Translations under genes and position numbers: made by a program
Source of the DNA: Gekko japonicus
Taxonomy: Eukaryota
Assembly (NCBI RefSeq): GCF_001447785.1
Contig: NW_015167122.1
Location: 139,827-203,826, forward strand
Direction: 5' to 3'
Length of the DNA: 64,000 nt
Part shown: one piece after another, positions 55,601 through 64,000 of the stretch
How positions within the stretch are numbered: position 1 is the stretch's first letter
How the letters are laid out: every line of letters starts with the position of its first letter
Notes under the pieces: generated by a model
Databases searched by the model: none
The model's input: the letters and a program-made list of their open reading frames with translations, nothing else
Told to the model about the DNA's origin: nothing

Positions 55601-58600
55601 CAGTTCCTGTGGACAGCCAACAACAGGGTATAGAGGCTGAGGCCTTCCCCTGATGTTGCCTCCTACCTCTGGGATTCAGAGGCACTAAGCCCCCTCAGAG
55701 GTCCCCCTCAGTCACCATGGCTAATAGCCATTGATGGACTTATCCTCCATGAATCTATGTAATCCCCTTTTAAAGTTGTTTATTTCTGTGGCCATCACTA
55801 CATTCCCTGGCAGTTAATTCCACATTTTAATTACTCTCTGTGTAAAGTAGTATTTCCTTTTTTCCATCCTGAGTCTACTGCCCATTTTATTTAAAGGCAT
55901 TTGTATGTATTTCTTAGTCTCTGTGTGGCTTATGATTAATATTGTGGGTGGTCCCCACCTTTCCAACCTCCTGTCTCTCCTCTTTCCATCCCCCTCAAAA
56001 CTGTCTTCAGCATCTATTGGGTTACTATGGCAACCCACAGTGGTACCTAGATCTAGAATTAGAATGGTTTTGTAGTCATAAATGTTAAAACCTTAGGCTT
56101 GAATTCCAGGTAGTGTAAAATGAAGCCTTATTGTGCCATGTGGAGGCTATGCTTTTCCAAGTCAGTGGACTCTTGGGGGCAAAGTTGGGGGTGGTTTTCA
56201 GTGTGATTTGGGAATCAGCAGAAACTGCCATTCCCTGCTCCACCAGTGAAAATGCTATTAATGGCAGTGACATGAGAACTTAGGATCTGAACCTCTACAT
56301 TCCTTAAATCATCTTTAGACTATTTCCATTTGGTTGTCCAAGCCCTGACATTGTACATTTGAGAACATTGACTGGTGGCTGAAGCTTGACAAAGTATCCC
56401 CCTAATTTGGAAGCTGTGGCTACATTTCACATTGTTAGTTCTTGTATTAATGACTGTGGACTAAACTTCAGAATAAGTTATCACCTGATGAGTCCATTAC
56501 CTACCTTCCCAAATCGGGAGACTTCTGACATTGAACCCTGCTGGTTGCTGCACCCATCTACATTAAGGAAGCAAACATCTGTGAGGGTCTTGGCCAGTTT
56601 AGTTGTTTTTAAAAATTCAAAAGTTCTTGTGTTCCATGTACAGCTGGAATTGACAGTTAAAACAGTTGTTTTTTCTATTTTCATGTTGTTTATAGAATGA
56701 CTCTTAGTAGTTTTGTTCTGTTTTCTTTCCCATTGGTCATCAAACAAATGTACTTGCTTCAGTTACATAAACACATTCCAACAGACCTTCACACTATAAA
56801 TTGGTAATGAAACATGGGCAGTTGCAGTGCTCTGCATCCTTGGTATCTGAGTTACTTGAGCTCTTGAATAATCTCAAAATTATCTCTTTGGTGATACCAG
56901 TTCAACAAAACGTGCCTGCCAGCCTTGGGATTAATACTGTGAACAACAATTAAGGGCTAACAGATAGCACAGGTAACCATGGGATGCCTCTAGAGTGTAG
57001 TAAGAAGGCTAGTTTCCTAAACATACCTAAGAGAGTTCTGCTTCAAGTTTGAGTTTTAATTGCTGTGCACCTGCTGACTGAATTCAAAAGGAAGTGGTGT
57101 CAATGCTAAATTCTCTTCTCTCATTAGGCCCTTAGAACATTTTGGACTTGCAGAAGCAGCCACTATTGGAGCTTTCATGCTCAGCAGTTGATTCTTGCAG
57201 TAGAAAGACTGATAGAACCTAATGAGCAGGCTACTTGTTTAATAGATTCTAAATGTGTTAGGGCTGAGTCATGAATCCACTTAATATGTCTTTGATTAAG
57301 AAAGTTATGCTCACATGTGTATACAGAATACTTTGGTCACAATTATTGACTTGCTTTAATATGAAAGCTTGTTGAGTTTTTCAGTTTTCTTGCTTGTATA
57401 ATGTGTTTATGTGCCATCAATTCACTTCTGACTTAATGGCAACCCTATGAATTAATGTCCTCCAAAACATCGTTAACAGCCTTACTCAGGTCTTGCAAAC
57501 TGAAGGCAGTGGCTTCCTTGACTGAGTCAATCCATCTCATGTTGGGTTTTCCTCTTTTCCTGCTTCCTTAAAAATTTTTTTTAGCATTATTGTTTTTTCC
57601 AGTGACTCTTGTCTACTCATAATGTGTACTCATCAATGCTGCATTGAGTTTTGCAGTTTTAGTATTCTTGTTTGATAAAATATGTAAACTGTATGTTGGA
57701 GAGAAATAGCTGAACACACTGTGAAATCAGATAAAGTGGATTCTTTTACTTAAAGACTTTAATCTGGTAGTTTTTGAACTGTCACAGACTTCTCTGTTTT
57801 TGTTACAACTGACTAACATGGCTACAAACGTAGGAAGAAAAACCTTTGTTAGACATAGGGAAGAGATTTTTAGCCCCTGCAAGCAGAAAAAATGAGACCA
57901 GTTCACCACTACTGCCTTTCAAACCACAGTATGCATGATAGCAAGGGAAGGATATACCACAACACCAGTACAGGAGTCATCATTTGTATACTGGAAATTA
58001 TATTTTCATAGCAGAGACGGGAGCGTGGGAATAAAGAGTAGTACTAGGATAGGGGGCTGTTCTTTCAGTGCTGCCACATTCACCCAGCTTTGGTGTAGAG
58101 CTCTTCGGTTTCTCTCTTCAATCCCCATGAGTGGCATGGGCCAATTTAGAAAGTGAGCATGGGGAAAAGTTTTGACCAACTTAGTATTGCCTTTTCTTAT
58201 TCAGAAAAAGTGATATATTTAACATCTTGAAAGGCTTATACTAGTAAACTTTTTTGCCATTTAAAACTAGCCAATGATGTAACTGGACTGAGAGAATCTG
58301 AAGAAAAGCTGAAGCAGCAGCAGCAAGAATCTGCTCGAAGGGAAAATATCCTGGTGATGCGTCTAGCAACTAAGGAACAAGAAATGCAAGAGTGTACCGT
58401 AAGTGAAATTGTTTAAATTGTTGGAGAACAAAATGTTTGTTGTATTTGTATAAGTTAAGAAATTGAGCTTTATTGCCTAGCTGTGGATGGTATTGGCAAG
58501 CAGGACTGAAATTAGTGTGGATCCCTGTTGTATATTGGCACTCAGTGGTTAGGCAGATGTTTCTGGGTCCTAGCTCAAGATATTATGTATGGATGGATTT

Positions 58601-60837
58601 TGTCCCCTTATGGCAAGATGTGTTTGTGTTTAAGTATTGATGTACTGAGAATGAAGCTTCACTTGCGAAGTAGAACTTTCCTGCCTCTCCCCTTCCACTG
58701 CAGCCCAGTGCTCCAAAAAAACTGCCTTTGGGTTTCAGGGAGCTTCTAGGAACAACACTGGGCACACTATGGGTGTCTGTAAAGGGTTCTTACATCTAGT
58801 TCTTACATGAACCCAGGTTCTTGTAGTTGTGAAATTTATCATTTATATAGCACTTCCAATGTCATTAACATTGTCGCAATACAGATTTTTTGTGCTGTGT
58901 GTGATTATTAACATATTGAAGGGTGAAGCTGTGGGACAGAGATGGGTTTGTTTGAGGCTATTTAGTGACTTTGTGACACAAATGAAATTTGAACAAGAGG
59001 CCTCCTGGTACACAGCTCAGTCACTTAGCCATTATATCTACTAGGATTTTATCTCCAAATATTTTGTATTTATTTGGACACTTTTTATTTGGATACCTTT
59101 CCATTCCAAAGAATCCACAGAGTGAATCACAGCAATCTTTTAAAAACAGCTGTTGGAGCTGTTGCTGAAATTGGGGTGGGTAGAATAAAACCTTGAAAAC
59201 TGCTGAATCGTCCCTGTAGAGAGGTACTGGTGGGTACCGTTTCGTTTTTTTCTTATTGCCATTAAGTCTAATATTACTGTCTTACATTTAGAAACGTTTA
59301 CAACAATTTAAGGAAATTGATGAATAGTGTAGACCATATATGAAATTTAACATCAAATAAAGCTCCAAAATATTCCAATTCTTCAATAATTCTTGTTATT
59401 TAAATGTTCTTATTTAAATCTACTATTCAAAACAATTGGTACACAGACAAGTTAAGAACTTAAAGGAAACTTAACATTCCCAGAATAAACCTCAACTGTT
59501 CCAAAGTGGGGAAAAGGCTTCTCAGTTCCAAACTGGAAAAACACTAATGTCCATAAAGCAAGTAAATCCAGTCCTTAGTCGCAGCAGACATTACATGATG
59601 AGCTGCAGTTGACCCATTCTCCAGTTTTTCGATGGGTTATTGATCCCTTCATCAGGACTACACATCGACAGGTTCTCCCAGAAAGTAGGGTACCAATTGT
59701 TGAAGAATTGGAATATTTTGGAGCTTTATTTACATTTAGAAACAGCATGTTCCTGTTCTCTGAGCTTCCTGCCTCCCAGCAGCAGTAGGGGCCTTGAGGA
59801 GAACTGAGTTTTTGCATATCAGAACATCTACTTTAAATTTCATACTCAGGGCTCTTGGAGTGCCTCCGTAGCCTACAGTTTAGGGCTAACATATCTTGTC
59901 CAGCCAGCTGTGTCTCAGTAATAACAGTAAATATTAATGTGTGTTGAGGGGTCTGTGTTGAAGTTAAGTGGAATTCTCTACTGTAATCATGTTCAGTCAT
60001 CTAAAATAATTTTTGAAGTGTCAGTCATATTGAAAACCATAGTACATTCATTCTATCAAGATAGGTAAGAACTGTTTTTGAATGTCAGTTTTGTGTGAAG
60101 TACAAAAGTCATTAATTTGGTCCGATGTCTCCTTGGAAATACCTTTAACCACCTGTATTTTTATACAGGTGGATATGCAAAGGTGAAAAACTATTGACAG
60201 CATTAAAAATTGTTGCAAGCCAAGTAGTTACTTGTATTAAAAGTATAAGTTAAACTGGAATCAGGTCTATTTATCTTATTTAAAAGGTAAAGCTTAAAGT
60301 AAATGATAAGTATGAACACTTACAAGTATAATGTCTGCAGACTTCTCAAATGCATTTCTTTTTAGACGATATAACAAAGGTCTGACCATACATTTAAGCA
60401 TGTTCTGCTTAAATGTTTTAGGACTTTGTTGTTTAAAGATATCCTGAACAATATATTAATTCAGTGATGGAGCAAACAAAGGATTACACTGTCTGTAGAG
60501 TGTATTTAGTGATTGAACTTGGATTTATTCTCAGCTGGGGGTTCAGTCCTTGCTCAGAAAAATCCTAATTATGACAACCTTAAAGACTGTCAGAGTAAGC
60601 AAGGGCTCATGCAACATTATAAAAGCAGACTTAATAATTTTTCTTTCCTTTTATGCAGAATCAGATCCAGTACCTCAAGCAAGTCCAGCAGCCGAGTGTT
60701 GCTCAACTGAGATCAACAATGGTGGATCCAGCCATCAACTTGTTTTTCCTAAAAATGAAAGCTGAACTGGAACAGACTAAAGACAAACTGGAACAAGCCC
60801 AAAATGAACTGAGTGCCTGGAAATTTACACCTGATAG
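52683..60837 (+). CDS. WTAP: Pre-mRNA-splicing regulator WTAP (m6A writer complex subunit), coding exons 52683-52712, 52795-52850, 53996-54054, 58271-58398, 60659-60837; later exons of the long isoform lie beyond the window
   Basis: Spliced translation: MTNEEPLPKKVRFSETDFKVLPREELILRWKQYEAYVQALEGKYTDLNSNDVTGLRESEEKLKQQQQESARRENILVMRLATKEQEMQECTNQIQYLKQ...AWKFTPD. GT-AG boundaries are in frame. Confidence 0.97.
54495..54960 (+). mobile_element. L2-like LINE 3' end (similar at ~32880-33090 and ~19950-20260)
   Basis: Ends in GTAAACTGCCCTGAGCC...GGGCAG..(AAT)n, typical of squamate L2 tails. Confidence 0.55.
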
Positions 60838-60841
60838 GTAA
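60659..60841 (+). CDS. WTAP: WTAP short-isoform terminal exon (read-through of the intron 6 donor, ...FTPDR*, 151 aa)
   Basis: AG|GTAA gives AGG TAA immediately past the donor. The length matches the known 151-aa vertebrate short isoform. Confidence 0.8.
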   Translation, partial: NQIQYLKQVQQPSVAQLRSTMVDPAINLFFLKMKAELEQTKDKLEQAQNELSAWKFTPDR

Positions 60842-61036
60842 ACAAAACATACTCCCCAGTCAAGACTTCCCTGACAGAAAATGCTTTGGTGGGACAACCA
60901 CGTACTCGTTTCCACACCAAGACTCAGACGTTTTGAGCCAAAAGCCACATTCTTATACTGTCCAGCTTGTAATGCTTTATGTAAACTTACCAGATGAACC
61001 TTGTGTTTCAGCTTTTTTTCTCCCCCTTTGCTTCAG

Positions 61037-61127
61037 AGGCCTGACAGCGTCGGACTATTCTGAAGAAGTGGCCACCTCAAAAGTGACCTTTCTAGAACGT
61101 AGACATTTGCAAAGTGGTTCTATTTGA
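61037..61127 (+). CDS. WTAP: WTAP alternative terminal exon inside intron 6 (RGLTASDYSEEVATSKVTFLERRHLQSGSI*)
   Basis: A strong polypyrimidine tract and cag precede 61037, and the phase fits exon 6. The peptide resembles the mammalian alternative C-terminus RGLMASDYSEEVATS (recalled). Confidence 0.65.
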
Positions 61128-63339
61128 AGAAAATAGAGAGAGAAGCAGAAGTCTAAAGTCTGTGGCATGCTATGTCTACAGACAGTTTGGAGGAGAACCT
61201 AGAGATTTTAAATCATGAATTGACCATGTCAAATTCAAGTAAAACCTAAAAATGGAATATGCTTCGCTCTTAAACCTAGTGACTTAGAGACTGATTAAGT
61301 CAGTTTTGCCATTAAGACTGTGGACTTCCTCCTTGTTCACTGAACTGCTGGGTCAAAACTCAATGAGGTGAATTTTGCTTAAAGATATTATTTGGTAATC
61401 AGCTTTGAATAGCTGTGAAAACATGCAAACAAGTCAGTATGGGTTTTCTTAGCATTTGGGCTCCATAGGACATCAGCGAACCTTGTTATTACGGTTTTTA
61501 ATAACAAATTGTTCTGTGGATGGCTGGCAATATGTGAATTCATAAATTAGTACTGTACGAACGTTTAGTTGCAATTTACTTACATCTTTTACACTGTTGA
61601 AACAGACATGCACATGCTTGATCACAACTAGCATATATTTTTTAAAATAGTTGTGATAATTTTGCTTCCATTCAGGTTTTATCCTAAGGAAATACATGCA
61701 GACTATACAAGGTGCATTAGTGCAGTTCCGGTCAGTGCTGGCGTGGGGCTTTTTGCAATCTATTGTATATCTGGCTTTTGTTCTGCACTTCTATATCCTA
61801 TGTACCTTGAAATAGTTCTAATGCATAGTGCAAGGAATACTGCCAGTTATCCTACTGTATGTGAAGTTTTGTGGAGTATGACTCTAAAAGCACAGAGCAG
61901 ACTAAATCTTCTCCTGTTTTCTTAAAGACATGGTTTGGAAGGTCATTATTAGCATATTACTAATTGGCATCAGTTCAAAAGAGTAATACCTCCTGGTTCC
62001 TCTTTCTTTTTGTCCCAAATTATTTCTAAAACTAGTACTATGGGACAGCTTAGGATGGAGAGAACTCTGACATTGTTTAGACTGGCATAGTATTTGTATA
62101 TTCTTAGCCGGTTTCCATAGGTTTTAGTGAGAATATTCAACACTATTTCGTAGGAGGTTAAATTTCAGAAGAACGAAAGTAGTTAACTTGCTTGTTCCTG
62201 CATTCCAAATAATGGTATTCATTACATATGATTTATATTTGAGATACTTTGAAGTAAATTTTAGCTCTGCTTTAGGTCATCATTGCAGCATACAAAATGT
62301 GGTAGTGTGTGAATCCTTTTATCAATTAATTGATATACATCAAAGGAAAACGATAACATAATTCATAAAAATCATTGTCTGAACTACTTTGGTGTGATGG
62401 TGGAGAAGAATATTTTAAAGATCTAGCATCAAACAGAGGTAAGACTTTCAAAGTGAAAACAGAAAACAAAATTCTCTTGGTATGTTGCAACTGACTTTGT
62501 AAACCTTGCTGAATGTATTATCAGAAAATCATTCTTCGTAGGTCTGTGTTAATTGTGGTATGTCATACAGAATATTTGTAAAGTCCAAGTTAACCAAATG
62601 ATTCCATGTTTGAATAAGGACTGGTAACTCCCAGTATTTTTAGGTTCTAAACAAGATGTTTATCTGAGAGTAACTCTTATTGTGTTTACTTCAACTAGAC
62701 ATCTGCAAAAAAGTTCCTGCTGGAATGAGTCTAACATACATAGCATATATGTCCACTTATCTGGGGGGGGGGATCAAAGAATTGGTGTGAAATTGCATTT
62801 CCTTAGATTTGATCTGCCTTACATTGCACAGTTGAATTGACTACATTTTTGAATAACCCAGAAATGGGTCTTTAATGTTTCCCTTTCAAGGTATATTTCC
62901 CTTTCAAGGTATATTTCCCTTAAATCCTTTTCTTTCTGTATGTGTTGCCACAGCACTTCTGACATATTTAAAAGCGCTTGTGCACTCTTCCACACTATTA
63001 AAGTAACTATAGAGTATCATATTCTATATACACACATGTAAAATCCTGGTGTTTACATAACACTTTTTATGGGTTGATTTCTTTGTCAGTCTATACTCAA
63101 AATCCTACTCTATTTCAAGAATTCGAATTATATTTAATTGCCCTTGGTGACAAATCTCTTGAGTGTTGTAGGGGTGAAATATTGAATTTTATAGCGCCTT
63201 GTGACTGCCACAAACATCATACATAGTATGTCTAATGGTGATTTTAACAGAAGCAGAGAGATGAATTACTTAACAGTAAATGTTTTAATATATTTCTAGT
63301 ATATTAAACGTACAGGGGTTTGTTAGTTTGGTAGCGTTT

Positions 63340-63830
63340 TTATTTTTTTTCTTACCAAAAAAGGGGGGGGAAACTAAAAATCCAGCGACTAAGATTTTTT
63401 AAAAAATAAAAGAAAAAAACAGAATGAAATTATGTGGTCGTGGATCTACACATACGTTTCTACAAATGATTTCCAGTTATCTAAAAATAGGTCCATAGGC
63501 AATTGCCGTCTATATACCATGTGTTCAAATGTTGATAGAGTTCTAAGGTCCTCAATCCATTGATTTACAGGAGGTGAGCTTTTATCTTTTCAGTGTTGGA
63601 ATATGAGTCTTATGAGTCTTTTAGCTTCAGTAAGGGCATGGAGGGTCCATTTCCATTGACCCTCAGTCTCCAAGAGATGGGCAAGATAGTTCAAAAGTTA
63701 CAGAAGAATCCTCAGAAATCAATGAATGTTCTAATACAAAACTGATATGAGTAATAACTTCTTCCCAGAAAAACCGAATGACTGGACACGCCCAAAGCAT
63801 ATGCTTGAAGGACGCGTCCTGTAAGTTGCA
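63340..63830 (-). mobile_element. L1-clade LINE 3' fragment
   Basis: The minus strand encodes HMLWACPVIRFFWEEV-like ORF2 C-terminal sequence, with an A/T-rich tail. Confidence 0.6.
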
Positions 63831-64000
63831 AATTGGTAGCGTTTACACAGCAGTATGGTATTGCAGCTCTGATTCCTACTATATAGTTATTTAGTTACTA
63901 TTCTTGCCTCTGTCATTTATTTAATGCTATAACAATATCCAATGAGTAGTTTCTTGGTCATTAAGTGTGACAAATGTTTGGTAAATTTGAAACTAAATGC

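Overview
Vertebrate (squamate, most likely gecko) genomic DNA. The taxon is inferred from Sauria SINE, Squam3-type SINE, BovB, CR1 and Penelope repeats. The window covers the MRPL18-TCP1-ACAT2-WTAP cluster: MRPL18 exons 1-2 (-), complete 12-exon TCP1/CCT-alpha (+, 559 aa), complete 9-exon ACAT2 (-, 396 aa) and the 5' part of WTAP (+) up to intron 6. TCP1 carries a U12-type intron and three H/ACA snoRNAs (one SNORA20 and two SNORA29-like). Most short ORFs in the track are repeat-derived or spurious. I see no wholly new multi-gene system. The best second-look items are: (1) WTAP lies head-to-head with ACAT2, inverted relative to the human order, near assembly gaps and a nest of transposons; (2) an extra SNORA29 paralogue; (3) a SINE that appears to split a heat-shock element in the MRPL18/TCP1 bidirectional promoter; (4) a probable TCP1/ACAT2 3'UTR overlap in a reptile; (5) the conserved, DRACH-rich WTAP intron 6 with an extended alternative last exon; (6) several Penelope-type hammerhead ribozyme motifs; (7) solo LTRs nested in other elements. 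Gene and family identities come from recognising the sequence; no database search was run.
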